From Candidatus Latescibacterota bacterium (GTDB lineage: Bacteria; Latescibacterota; UBA2968; UBA8231), in assembly GCA_965200315.1 (NCBI GenBank), contig OZ241362.1, positions 5,216,001 through 5,280,000 of the forward strand: 64,000 nt of DNA, given 5' to 3'. The notes under the pieces were generated by a model. That model made no database searches and was not told where the DNA came from. It saw nothing but the letters and a program-made list of their open reading frames with translations. Of the stretch, positions 9,014 through 18,916 are shown in pieces; position 1 is the stretch's first letter, and the number at the start of each line of letters is the position of its first letter. The position numbers and the translations under genes are program-made.

Positions 9014-10501
9014 CTAGGCTCCTGTGCCGAACATTTCGGCGACCGGGGTAAAAGGGGCATCGAGTTCGAGGGGATACATGGGGCGCTGACAGACGCGGTG
9101 CCCGAGGGTGGGCAAGTTCGCGCTGGTCGAACCAAGGGCATCGATGTTGAAGTTTATCTCGGCCCATTCGTCGAAAAAGTGCCACTGGCAGTGCGGTGAC
9201 TTGATGACGATGAGATCGTAATTCTTGGGGTTGATGTCGTGGGCGATAAAGACCGAGCGGTCGATAAAGGGCACCGAGCGGCTGACGCAGACGATGGTGA
9301 GGTTGTCGCTTTCCAGCACGGCTGTAGGCCCGGCGTACTGGGGCGTGTTCCAAGATTCGCAGAGATATTCGCCATCGCCGAGTTGGGCCACTTTGACCTC
9401 TAAGTCGAGCGGGGCAAAACGCGAGTCGAGCGAGCCGCCCAAGACCACGTGGATGTGCGCCCCTAGCCCGGCGTCGTGGGCCATGTACGCGGCGGGTGCA
9501 TCCACTAGCGGCGCGAGCACTTGGCCGGAGTAGCCGCTGGTGTGCAGGGCTTGGAGCAGCACGTTGCTGTCGCCGGTCGCGCCCGAGGAGGGGGCATCGG
9601 CCGCGTCGGTGAAGAGCACTGGACCTCTGTATTGGGCGGCTTGGGCGACGGCGTCTTCGACCGACACGAAATCGGGCTGCATGAGTGCGCGGCGTTCCCA
9701 GAAGTCAGCGGCGAGGTGTAGGGCCTCGCCGCGGGCGAGATCGGAGTCGGCATCGGCCACGACGATGGCTTGGGAGCACAGCTCGGGCACATCGGTGAAC
9801 GGATTGCCGATCATCATGCCGGCGGCGAGAATGTCGGGCTGCTCCTCTAGGGATTGGCAGTAGCGGATGGTCTCACCGTACACGCCCGAGGCGGTAATGA
9901 GTTCGTTGCCGCGCACGAGCGCGGGGACCCGCACGCGGGCCACTACGGGCTGAGCGCCAGCGAGAACTTGCAGGAGCAAGTACGCGGCGCGGCGGCCGGT
10001 GTCGGCCAGATCGACGTGCGGGTAGGTGTGATAAATGGCGAGGCCGTTTGAGTGCTCCAGCATGCGATGGGTGAGGATGCCGTGCAGGTCTTGCGAGATC
10101 ACGATGGGGAAGTCTGGGCTAGCGCGGCGGCGAATCTCTTGGAGCAGGTAGCCCTCTGGGTCCAGCTCTTGGGTGCAGCCCATCGCGCCGTGCAGACAGA
10201 AGTACATGCCGTCGGCGTCGGCTAGGCGCGGTATGACCGCGTCGAGCAGCTCGGCGGCAAGGCGCTCAAAGTCCCGTTGGTCTAAAGGCCCGGCCGAGGG
10301 GGCGACGGCCCCATAGGTGGGGATGACCTCGACGTGGCTATCGGCGAAGACCTGCAAGGCACCGCACAGTTCGGTCTCGCGGCCTTGGTGATAGGTGAGC
10401 AACTCGGGGCCGCGGCGGACGGAGAAATTGTCGTACGTGCCAATGACCGGGTTGAAGGAGGAGATTTCTTGCTTGCACTCGGCGACGAGGATGCGGGACA
10501 T
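9014..10501 (-). CDS. M81/MlrC family metallopeptidase
   Basis: QEISSFNP, LHGAM, DLHG, YHTYPHVD, DAADAPSSGATGD. Confidence 0.9.
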   Translation of the reverse strand: MSRILVAECKQEISSFNPVIGTYDNFSVRRGPELLTYHQGRETELCGALQVFADSHVEVIPTYGAVAPSAGPLDQRDFERLAAELLDAVIPRLADADGMYFCLHGAMGCTQELDPEGYLLQEIRRRASPDFPIVISQDLHGILTHRMLEHSNGLAIYHTYPHVDLADTGRRAAYLLLQVLAGAQPVVARVRVPALVRGNELITASGVYGETIRYCQSLEEQPDILAAGMMIGNPFTDVPELCSQAIVVADADSDLARGEALHLAADFWERRALMQPDFVSVEDAVAQAAQYRGPVLFTDAADAPSSGATGDSNVLLQALHTSGYSGQVLAPLVDAPAAYMAHDAGLGAHIHVVLGGSLDSRFAPLDLEVKVAQLGDGEYLCESWNTPQYAGPTAVLESDNLTIVCVSRSVPFIDRSVFIAHDINPKNYDLIVIKSPHCQWHFFDEWAEINFNIDALGSTSANLPTLGHRVCQRPMYPLELDAPFTPVAEMFGTGA

Positions 10502-10533
10502 GAGGGGCCGTTCGGTTAGGCTTCGACCTGAGC

Positions 10534-11919
10534 TCAGCCGAAGGTTTTGAGCGGGCGAATGTTGGGGCCTTGGGGGGTGTCTTCGATTTCGTAGCCGGCC
10601 GCAGCGATTTCGTCGCGCAGGGCGTCGGCTGTGGCCCAGTCTTTGGCATCGCGGGCCTGTTGCCGCTGGGCGGCGAGTTCGCGAATCGCGTCGGGTACGT
10701 TCTCCTCACGCGGCGTCCAATCGGCCAGCCCCAAGCCCATGACTTGGTCGAAGTGCAAAAGCGTGGCCTTCTTGGCGGCGTCGGGGAGATCGTCGGCTAC
10801 GAGTTCCCAGCACAAGGCGAGGACACGCGGCATGTTGAGGTCGTCTTCGATGCGCTCTTTGAACGCGGCCACGTAGCGAGCATCAGGTTCAGACGGCGCA
10901 CCCCAAGCGTGGACGACTGTGCGCAGCCGGTTGAGGGCCGTGCCCGCGCCGGCGAGGCTTTCCCAGCTAAAGGAGAGCTTGGCCCGGTAGCGCGCCCCGA
11001 GGCAGAAAAAGCGGTAGGCGAGGGGGTCGTACCCTTCTTCGACGAGGGATTCGAGGCGCAGGAAGTCGCCGCTCGACTTGGACATCTTTTCGCCGTCGAG
11101 CTGCAAAAACGCGCCGTGGAGCCAAAACTCGGCCAGCCGCGTGTCGTAGCAGGCTTGGGCTTGGGCGATCTCGTTGGTGTGGTGGACTGGGATGTGATCC
11201 TCGCCGCCGCAGTGGATATCGAAGTACGATCCCAAGTACTTGGCGGCCATGGCCGTGCATTCGATGTGCCAGCCGGGAAAGCCGCGCCCCCACGGGCTGT
11301 CCCATTCCATCTGCCGCTGCGTCTGTGCCGGGCTGAACTTCCACAGCGCGAAGTCCGTGACGCGGCGCTTCTGCCCGAGATCGACTCGCTGGCCACCTTG
11401 CAGGCCCGCGATGTCGAGGCGAGCGAGATGGCCGTAGTCGTTCAAGCGCGAAGTGTCGAAGTACAGGCCATCGCTCGTGCGGTACGCGTAGCCTTTTTCT
11501 TCGATGGCGGCGATGGCCGCGATCTGCTCGCGGATGTGGTCGGTGGCGCGACACCAGATGTGGGGCTCGAGGATATTGAGCCAGTCGAGCTTTTCTCGGA
11601 AATCCGCAGTGTAACGCTCGGCGATTTCCCAAGACGTCAGGCCGGTGCGCCGCGCGCCGGCCTCCATCTTGTCCTCGCCGGTGTCCGCGTCGGAGGTCAG
11701 ATGCCCCACGTCGGTGATGTTGACGACATGGTGGACTTCATAGCCGCTGTATTCGAGGGTGCGCCGCAGGATGTCTTCAAAGATATAGGTGCGCAAGTTG
11801 CCGATGTGCTGGTAGTTGTACACAGTCGGACCGCAGGCGTACAGGCGAACTTGGGGCGGCGCGAGCGGCGTAAAGGGGCGCTCTTGGCGGGCATAGGTTT
11901 CAAAAAGATGCAGGGTCAT
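10534..11919 (-). CDS. cysS: Cysteine--tRNA ligase
   Basis: CGPTVY, HIGN (HIGH), DFALWK, GFPGWHIEC, KMSKS. Confidence 0.98.
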   Translation of the reverse strand: MTLHLFETYARQERPFTPLAPPQVRLYACGPTVYNYQHIGNLRTYIFEDILRRTLEYSGYEVHHVVNITDVGHLTSDADTGEDKMEAGARRTGLTSWEIAERYTADFREKLDWLNILEPHIWCRATDHIREQIAAIAAIEEKGYAYRTSDGLYFDTSRLNDYGHLARLDIAGLQGGQRVDLGQKRRVTDFALWKFSPAQTQRQMEWDSPWGRGFPGWHIECTAMAAKYLGSYFDIHCGGEDHIPVHHTNEIAQAQACYDTRLAEFWLHGAFLQLDGEKMSKSSGDFLRLESLVEEGYDPLAYRFFCLGARYRAKLSFSWESLAGAGTALNRLRTVVHAWGAPSEPDARYVAAFKERIEDDLNMPRVLALCWELVADDLPDAAKKATLLHFDQVMGLGLADWTPREENVPDAIRELAAQRQQARDAKDWATADALRDEIAAAGYEIEDTPQGPNIRPLKTFG

Positions 11920-11974
11920 AAGTCTATTAAAGAGAGGTTAGTGGCAAGCTGTGGCAATAAAAAAAGAACCAAAT

Positions 11975-12982
11975 CTATAACTCGGCGATGGATACTTCGC
12001 GGCCCTCCATCGCGCTTTTGACGGCCGCGAAAACCATGGCCATGGACTTGAGGTTGTCGGCCGCGTTGCACTCGGGAGGGCGGCCCTCCTCGATAGCGGC
12101 GACGAATTCCCTCAGCACGGGGTTCTGGTCTTGGCTACCATCGTCGTCGAGCGGAAGCTGCCGCCTGATTTTGGGATCGGCGCGATGCGAGTGGGTGTGG
12201 TACAAGTCAAAGCCCTCCCACGTCAGGGTGCCGCGCGGCCCCTCGTAGCGCCACTCGCCGTTGTGCCCGGCGGGCACGGAGCCGACCGTGCAGCCAATGC
12301 CGCGATGGGTGGCGACTGTGCCGTTGGCAAAGCGGAAGAGGATCATCTGGGCGGCGTCGCCTTGGTGCCAGCCCCAAGGGAGGTTCCAGGTGAGAGCGTG
12401 TGCGCTCACAGGGTCTTGGCCGAGGGTGTAGCGCATCATGTCGAAGTGGTGAATGCCCATGTCGGTGAGGAACATATACGGCTCGGTGACGTAGTGCGAG
12501 CCGGGCGAATCAGCCCAGTTGACGTAGAGTGAGACATCGAGCTGGCCGACCGGGCCGATGAGGTCTTCGGCGAGCAGGCGGCGGGTCGTGCGCGGCAGGC
12601 CGTTGAAGCGGTAGTTCTGGGTAATCATGTGGGCGACGCCGGCTTGAGTGCCCGCCTCCACCACGCGCCGGGCCGCTTGGTAATCGTCGCTGAGCGGCTT
12701 TTCTCCAAGCAGGTGCAGGCCGGCGGTAAAGGTCTGCACGGCGATTTCTTCGTGGATAGCTGGCGGGGTTACGTCGAGCACGAAGTCGGCCTGCACGGCG
12801 TCGAGAGCTTGGCCGAGGTCGCCGTATATCCGATCGGCGGCAAAACCGTGGTCGGCTGTCGCGCGCTGGTGGTTGGGCGCGGAAGGCTCGACGCAAGCTA
12901 CTACCTCGACGCCCGACTGCTGTTGGCACTGACCGAGCCAATAGCGTCCCCTACCGCCCAACCCTACGAGTATGGCTTTCAT
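11975..12982 (-). CDS. Gfo/Idh/MocA family oxidoreductase
   Basis: GLGGRG Rossmann motif, EKP, DMGIHHFD. Confidence 0.9.
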   Translation of the reverse strand: MKAILVGLGGRGRYWLGQCQQQSGVEVVACVEPSAPNHQRATADHGFAADRIYGDLGQALDAVQADFVLDVTPPAIHEEIAVQTFTAGLHLLGEKPLSDDYQAARRVVEAGTQAGVAHMITQNYRFNGLPRTTRRLLAEDLIGPVGQLDVSLYVNWADSPGSHYVTEPYMFLTDMGIHHFDMMRYTLGQDPVSAHALTWNLPWGWHQGDAAQMILFRFANGTVATHRGIGCTVGSVPAGHNGEWRYEGPRGTLTWEGFDLYHTHSHRADPKIRRQLPLDDDGSQDQNPVLREFVAAIEEGRPPECNAADNLKSMAMVFAAVKSAMEGREVSIAEL

Positions 12983-13055
12983 TGGTGTCCTTTCTTTCTC
13001 TTTATTCCTCCAAATAAAGGGCTTGGCCTGCGGCCGGGCCAGTCGCCGGAAAAAA

Positions 13056-13084
13056 TTGACACGGTTGGAGCATAGAACTACCTT
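13056..13084 (+). promoter_or_regulatory. Putative sigma70 promoter
   Basis: TTGACA (13056-13061), 17-nt spacer, TACCTT (13079-13084) in a divergent intergenic region. Confidence 0.55.
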
Positions 13085-13154
13085 TGGACGCTTTTAACGA
13101 GAGGTGCCATAGATAGCCCCCCTTTCGTCCCCTTGTCGCTGAGGTACACTGCTT

Positions 13155-14327
13155 TTGGCTACATCGCATAGGGTTTCTACTCGTCTTTTCCTCGCGCTTC
13201 TCGCGTGGTCTTTGAGTTGGAGTTGCGCCCAAGAAAACACCGAAGACGAGGAAATAGCCCCCGGGGTGGTATACCACAAAATTCACGTGCCCGAAGGGCC
13301 GTGGCGGATCTATGTGGTGGAGGTGGATCTGCCGCGCTCTTGGGCGGCGGGCATTCGCATACGCACAGCCAAGCAGAAAGAGACGCAAAAGACCAGTAGT
13401 TTGGCCGCCGGTGCCTTAGCGGCCATAAACGGGGATTTTTTGTTCCCCGGCGAACCCGGCCGGCCGGCCGGATTATACATTGAATCCGGTAATCTCGTCC
13501 ACCTCCCACAGCGGCGCTCGGCCTTTGCCATTACCGAGACGGGTCAGCCTTTGATCGCAGTGTACAAGATGGAATTGGGCCTGTTGACGGCCGGGGGCGA
13601 GCACCTGCACATCGCGGGCTTCAATCGCGAGTCGGCGCTCGGGGAGCTATCCGTGTTCAACGATCGCGCACAAATGCAGGGGGATTCGCTGCAAGCAGCC
13701 ACGGGCTTCCTATTGCAAGGATTGGACACATCCTCCATCGCCAACGACACGATCTCTGTTTGGGTCCAACAAATCCGGCGGCAGGCTTGGCCGCTCTCCC
13801 TCCAGCCCAACCAGTGGCTGTTGGCCGCTGGTGCTGAATACGAGGCGACAGAGCAGATCGCCTTGGGCGACACAGTGCAACTGTATTGTCGGCTGTTGCC
13901 AGCCCGCGCCACGCTGATGGAGGCCATCAGTGGTGGGCCGCGCATCCTGCGCGATGGCGAAGTCTCCATTGAAGTAGAAGAGGAGCGGCTTAGCCGCAGC
14001 TTTGCCGACAAGCGGCATCCGCGCACGGCCATTGGATATTCTCAAGACGAGCAGGTCCTCTTTCTGATTGCGGTCGATGGTCGGCAACCAGGGTACAGCG
14101 TTGGCATGAGTTTGCAAGAGCTAGCTGAATTTATGCGCACGCGCTTGGCCGAATTTTCCCGCGCCAAGGTCAATGCCTATCAAGGGCTAAACCTCGATGG
14201 CGGTGGCTCGACGACGATGGTCATAAGTGAGCAGGTGGTCAACAGGCCCTCTGATCCTACGGGCGAACGGCCGGTGGTCAATGCTCTGTTGGTCGTGCCG
14301 GATGTCTGGGACGAGGAGCGGCCCTAG
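13155..14327 (+). CDS. Phosphodiester glycosidase (NAGPA-like) family exported protein
   Basis: AAINGDF, HPRTAIG, AVDGRQPGYSVGM, NLDGGGSTTM; N-terminal signal peptide. Confidence 0.88.
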   Translation: MATSHRVSTRLFLALLAWSLSWSCAQENTEDEEIAPGVVYHKIHVPEGPWRIYVVEVDLPRSWAAGIRIRTAKQKETQKTSSLAAGALAAINGDFLFPGEPGRPAGLYIESGNLVHLPQRRSAFAITETGQPLIAVYKMELGLLTAGGEHLHIAGFNRESALGELSVFNDRAQMQGDSLQAATGFLLQGLDTSSIANDTISVWVQQIRRQAWPLSLQPNQWLLAAGAEYEATEQIALGDTVQLYCRLLPARATLMEAISGGPRILRDGEVSIEVEEERLSRSFADKRHPRTAIGYSQDEQVLFLIAVDGRQPGYSVGMSLQELAEFMRTRLAEFSRAKVNAYQGLNLDGGGSTTMVISEQVVNRPSDPTGERPVVNALLVVPDVWDEERP

Positions 14328-15391
14328 TGCCGACCTTGTGCGCCGAAGATCTCGATGCGCTGGCTCGAGCTTGCTTGCGGCGGGTCGGTGTTCCGGCGGA
14401 CGATGCGGCGTTGGTAGCCGAACACTTGGTCGAAGCCGGGCTGATGGGGCACGATACCCACAGCGTGTTGCGGCTGCCCCAATACGTGAACATGGTGCGC
14501 GACGGTCAAGTCGATCCTAAAGCCGAGTTGGTGGTGCTGGACGAAAGCGAGTGCGGGGGGCGGCTGAGTGGCCAGTGGAACTACGGACCGGTGACCGCAA
14601 CCGAGGCCGTGCGCTGGGCACTGGACAAGCTCGGCGACGGTGCCGTGGCGGTCGTCGGGGTGCGCGACTGCAACCACGTGGCGCGGCTGGGGCGTTTCGC
14701 CGAGATCGCTACCCGCGCCGACTGCATTGCACTCATCGCGGCCAATGGCCACGGCGGCGACAGTGCGGTGGCTCCCTTTGGTGGCCGCAGCCGTCGCTTG
14801 CCGACGAATCCGATCTGCTGCGGCATTCCCACCAGCGGCGCGTGGCCCGTGATCTTGGACATGACGACGAGCATGATTTCCGGTGGCGATATGCGGCTTT
14901 TGCGCAACAGGGGTGAAGATGCGCCGCCGGGAATGCTGATTGACTCAGAAGGTCTCCCAACGACAAAAGTGGACGCTTACTACGGCCCGCCGGCCGGTGC
15001 CATCTTGCCGCTTGGTTTCCCGCAGAGCGGTCACAAGGGCTACGGGCTTTCCGTGCTGGTTGATATTTTGGCCGGGTCGCTTTCCGGGGCCGGGATGACG
15101 CAAGAGGCACCCGAGCGCACGGGCAACGCGCTGTTCATCGCCGTGCTCAATGTCGCGGCTTTTCTGCCGTTGGACGAGTTTTACGCCGAGGTCGCAGGCT
15201 TTGTCGAGTGGGTTAAGTCGTGTCCGCCGGCTCCCGGAGTGGCCGAGGTGGTGCTGCCTGGGGAGCGAGCGTACCAGCGGTTGCAGGCGCGGCGGCGCGA
15301 TGGGCTGCACGTGGATGAGAAGGCTTGGGCCGAGATAGGAGCCTTGGCAGCCGAATTGGGAGTGGAACTGCCAATGCTGTTTAAAAATTAA
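14327..15391 (+). CDS. Ldh_2 family (malate/L-lactate/ureidoglycolate) dehydrogenase
   Basis: GHDTHS, NHVARLG, PTNPI, LDMTTS, GHKGYGL. Confidence 0.9.
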   Translation: MPTLCAEDLDALARACLRRVGVPADDAALVAEHLVEAGLMGHDTHSVLRLPQYVNMVRDGQVDPKAELVVLDESECGGRLSGQWNYGPVTATEAVRWALDKLGDGAVAVVGVRDCNHVARLGRFAEIATRADCIALIAANGHGGDSAVAPFGGRSRRLPTNPICCGIPTSGAWPVILDMTTSMISGGDMRLLRNRGEDAPPGMLIDSEGLPTTKVDAYYGPPAGAILPLGFPQSGHKGYGLSVLVDILAGSLSGAGMTQEAPERTGNALFIAVLNVAAFLPLDEFYAEVAGFVEWVKSCPPAPGVAEVVLPGERAYQRLQARRRDGLHVDEKAWAEIGALAAELGVELPMLFKN

Positions 15392-15424
15392 GACCTCGTA
15401 ATTCTAAATTAAAAGGAGTTTGCA

Positions 15425-16420
15425 ATGCTTCACATCGGGATTGTCGGCATGGGTGGAATTGGCAACAATCACGCCCGTTGCTACACGGCAAACGAGAACG
15501 CAAAGGTCGTCGCTGTGTGCGATATGGTTAAAGAGCAAGCGGACAGAGCGGCCGAGTCCTATGAGGCAGGGGCCTTTTACTCGATCGAGGAGATGATTGC
15601 TAGTGGCCTGCGGCTCGATGCCTGCTCGGTGACCACGGCTGGGGTGGAGAACGGGGGCGATCACTACGAGCCGACGATGGCGCTTTTGCGGGCCGGCATT
15701 CCAGTGCTGGGCGAGAAGCCGATTTCCAATGAAATTCCCAAGGCGCGGGAGATGGTGGCCTTGGCCGCACAAAAGCAGTTGCCCTACGGAATCAACCTGA
15801 ATCACCGCTTCACGCCCGCGGCCGTTAAGGCCAAGGAGTGGCTGACCAACGGGCGGCTCGGCGAGCTACAGATAATCAACATGACGATGTGGATCAACAA
15901 TCCCAACGAATCGAGTCCGTGGTTCCACATCCGCGCTCTGCACCCGCACTCGCTGGACGTGATGAGCTATTTCGCCGGCGGAGTGGATCGGGTCCACGCC
16001 TTTTTCAAGAAAGGAAAAGGTCGGCAGATCTGGTCCAATGTGCAGGCGAATCTGCTGTACGAGAATGGCGTCATCGGGCATTTGACCGGGTCGTACGACG
16101 CTGGAGGAAGCTACGGCTTGGAGACTTTGGAGCTAGTGGGTTCAGAGGGACGGGTCATCATCAACGAAGCCTGCGAAAAGCTGACGTTTTACCCGCGTTT
16201 TTCGCGCGAGGTGGAAAGCTACGATCACCTCGGGGGCATGGGCGGCTTTGCGGATACCTTTCCGATGCGCATCAACGCTTGGATCGACGATTTGCTAAAC
16301 CAAGTCCCGCCGGAGCAGGTGGATGCCAAAGGAGCGGACGCCTTGCGGGTCCAGTTGGTGATTGAGGCACTCATCGAAAGCTGGGAAACCGGGCTGGTGG
16401 TGAAGGTGCCGCAGCAATAA
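15425..16420 (+). CDS. Gfo/Idh/MocA family oxidoreductase
   Basis: GIVGMGGIG, EKP, NHRF; strong RBS AAGGAG. Confidence 0.9.
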   Translation: MLHIGIVGMGGIGNNHARCYTANENAKVVAVCDMVKEQADRAAESYEAGAFYSIEEMIASGLRLDACSVTTAGVENGGDHYEPTMALLRAGIPVLGEKPISNEIPKAREMVALAAQKQLPYGINLNHRFTPAAVKAKEWLTNGRLGELQIINMTMWINNPNESSPWFHIRALHPHSLDVMSYFAGGVDRVHAFFKKGKGRQIWSNVQANLLYENGVIGHLTGSYDAGGSYGLETLELVGSEGRVIINEACEKLTFYPRFSREVESYDHLGGMGGFADTFPMRINAWIDDLLNQVPPEQVDAKGADALRVQLVIEALIESWETGLVVKVPQQ

Positions 16421-16447
16421 GTGCAAATGGCGGCTGGGGGGGTAGTT

Positions 16448-16456
16448 TGTTATACT
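16448..16456 (+). promoter_or_regulatory. Extended -10 promoter element upstream of lepB-arc
   Basis: TGnTATACT about 22 nt before the lepB start; no good -35. Confidence 0.4.
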
Positions 16457-16478
16457 CAGGTCTGAGGAGATACTGCGG

Positions 16479-17183
16479 ATGAAGCAAGCCGAGAAAAAGT
16501 CCGAACTTGGCCAATACCTGCATTCGATACTGACCGTCGTGGGTTTGTTTCTGGTCATTCGCACTGGGGTGGTGCAGGCCTTTTACATCCCTTCTAGCTC
16601 GATGGAAGACACGCTCTTGGTGGGCGATTATCTGTTGGCCAACAAGTTTGTCTATGGCGTTCCGGTCGATGTGCCCCTGACGAGCATTTCCCTCTTCCGC
16701 CTGCCCGCGCTCAAGGAGCCGCAGCCGGGCGACATCGTGATTTTCCGCTCTCCGCAGGACGAGGGGCGCGACTTGATTAAGCGCTGCGTGGCCGTTGGGG
16801 GGCAGAAAGTGGAGATTGTCGACAAGGTGCTCTACGTCGATGGCCAGCACCAGCAGGACCCACCGCGGGCCAAGTACGCCGACCGCACGTACTATCCGGC
16901 GGAACGCAACTCCCGCGACAACTTTGGTCCGTATATTGTGCCCGAGGGACATTTCTTTATGATGGGCGACAACCGCGACAACAGCTCGGATAGCCGCTAC
17001 TTTCGCGCCGTGCCCAAGCGCTTGATCAAGGGCAAGGCCATGAATATCTATTGGTCGTGGGAGCCCGACACCCGCGGGCCTTACTACCGGGGCTTGACGT
17101 CTCTGCCCACGGTGGTGGCCAGCTTTATCTGGCGCCTGCCTAGCCGAGTGCGCTACGGGCGTCTCGGCGATATTATCTACTAG
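16479..17183 (+). CDS. lepB: Signal peptidase I
   Basis: IPSSSMEDTL (catalytic Ser), LIKRCVA (catalytic Lys), MGDNRDNSSDSR. Confidence 0.96.
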   Translation: MKQAEKKSELGQYLHSILTVVGLFLVIRTGVVQAFYIPSSSMEDTLLVGDYLLANKFVYGVPVDVPLTSISLFRLPALKEPQPGDIVIFRSPQDEGRDLIKRCVAVGGQKVEIVDKVLYVDGQHQQDPPRAKYADRTYYPAERNSRDNFGPYIVPEGHFFMMGDNRDNSSDSRYFRAVPKRLIKGKAMNIYWSWEPDTRGPYYRGLTSLPTVVASFIWRLPSRVRYGRLGDIIY

Positions 17184-17216
17184 CATCTTCCCTTACTCTT
17201 TGGAAAGGGGAGCGGA

Positions 17217-18908
17217 TTGAAACGGGAATCGCACGAATACGACAAGGCCCAAGAGCCAGAAGAGCAGGTCGCCGAGCCGTTGCGCTTGGTCGATCAGCTA
17301 CTCGCGCTGGCCCCAGACCGCGACCCGGCTCGGCCCCTGCTGTACCGTCTCCGGCGCCAGCTCATGGAGCGGGAGATTTCCTTTCAGGAGGCGCGCCGGG
17401 CGCTCGTGGAGATGGAAGCCGCGCTAGAGAAGGTGACGGCACCAGCCAACCGCGTCGGCATTTTTCTCGGCATGCCGTGCGAGGGGATTGCCACAGTCTT
17501 CGTCGGCAACGCCGAGTACTATGCCAACATCGACCCGCGCGTCGATGGGTCCCAGCTCAAGGTTGGCTGCCGGGTGCTGGTAAACGAAGCGTACGCGGTC
17601 GTCGGCAACTTGGGGCACAGCCCCTCGGGGCCGGTGGCCAAAATTGGCGATCTGCTCCCAGAGGGCCGGTTGCGCATCGCCCAAGCGCACGGCACCCAAG
17701 AGGTGGTCGTGGAGCGTGCGGCGGAATTGGCGGACGCGAATTTGCAAATCGGCGATGAGGTGCGGATGGACCCGGCCTACAAGGTCGCCCTAGAAATGTT
17801 GCAGTCGGCCGAGAGCAAGGAGTACTTCATCGAGGATGTTCCTCCAACTCCTTGGGAGAGCATCGGCGGCCAGCAAGAGGCGATCGAAGCCATCCGCGAC
17901 ACCATTGAGCTGCCCGCGTTGCACCCTCAGCTCTTCGAGCGCTTCGAGTATTCGACGCCCAAGGGCTTTCTGCTCTACGGCCCTCCAGGTTGCGGTAAGA
18001 CCCTCATCGGCAAGGCCACGGCGTACAACTTGGTCCAGCACATGCGCGAGGTCGAGGGTTTGGAGTTGGAAGAGTACTTCATGCACATCAAGGGGCCGGA
18101 GATACTCAACATGTGGCTCGGCGAGACCGAGCGCATGGTGCGCGAAGTCTTTGCCCAGGCGCGCCAAAAGCGCAAGGAAGGCTATTTGCCCTTTGTCTTT
18201 ATCGACGAAGCCGAGTCGATCTTGGGCACGCGGCGCTCGATGCGCAGCCACAACATCTCCAATACGGTCGTGCCGATGTTTTGCACCGAGATGGACGGCA
18301 TTGAGTCGCTGCACGACGTAGTGCTGATTTTGGCCTCTAACCGCCACGATCTGATTGATCCGGCCGTGCTCCGGCCCGGCCGCATCGACCGCAAGATCAA
18401 GGTCGCACGCCCCAACTACGAGGCGGCCGGCGACATTTTAGGGATTTACCTCAAGCCCGAACTGCCGATCGATAGCACCGAGGTAGAGCAGCACGGCAGC
18501 GAAGCGGCCGCGCACGAGGCCATAATACAGGAGGGGCTAGACGAGTTATTTTCCAAAGGCGAAGAAGCCCGTTTCTTAGAGGTGTCGCTGCGCAGTGGCC
18601 GCCAAGAAGTGCTCTATCGCGGCGATCTGATTTCCGGAGCCATCATCGCCTCGGTCGTATCGCGGGCCAAGGAAATGGCGATCAAGCGCGCCATTGCCGA
18701 AGAAGACCCCGAAGGCGGGATTCGCGCCGAGGACTTGCGGCAAGCGACGCGGGCTGAATACCGCGAGAACGAGGTGTTCCCACCCTCGGACAGCGTCGAG
18801 GATTGGCTCAAGCTGCTCGACTACGAGCCGGAGAACGTGGTGAGGGTGATACCCGTTAGACCCCAGCCGGAAAAGGCACCGGAAAAGCGCGTCGGTCAGG
18901 TGATCTGA
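17217..18908 (+). CDS. arc: Proteasome-associated AAA ATPase (ARC/Mpa)
   Basis: N-terminal coiled coil plus tandem OB region, GFLLYGPPGCGKT, IKGPEILN, FIDEAES, DPAVLRPGRIDRKIK; heads the proteasome operon. Confidence 0.93.
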   Translation: MKRESHEYDKAQEPEEQVAEPLRLVDQLLALAPDRDPARPLLYRLRRQLMEREISFQEARRALVEMEAALEKVTAPANRVGIFLGMPCEGIATVFVGNAEYYANIDPRVDGSQLKVGCRVLVNEAYAVVGNLGHSPSGPVAKIGDLLPEGRLRIAQAHGTQEVVVERAAELADANLQIGDEVRMDPAYKVALEMLQSAESKEYFIEDVPPTPWESIGGQQEAIEAIRDTIELPALHPQLFERFEYSTPKGFLLYGPPGCGKTLIGKATAYNLVQHMREVEGLELEEYFMHIKGPEILNMWLGETERMVREVFAQARQKRKEGYLPFVFIDEAESILGTRRSMRSHNISNTVVPMFCTEMDGIESLHDVVLILASNRHDLIDPAVLRPGRIDRKIKVARPNYEAAGDILGIYLKPELPIDSTEVEQHGSEAAAHEAIIQEGLDELFSKGEEARFLEVSLRSGRQEVLYRGDLISGAIIASVVSRAKEMAIKRAIAEEDPEGGIRAEDLRQATRAEYRENEVFPPSDSVEDWLKLLDYEPENVVRVIPVRPQPEKAPEKRVGQVI

Positions 18909-18916
18909 TTCAGTTC

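Noticed and set aside
10570-12021. 483-aa plus-strand ORF
   Set aside because: Antisense shadow of cysS caused by GC-rich codon bias; no motifs.
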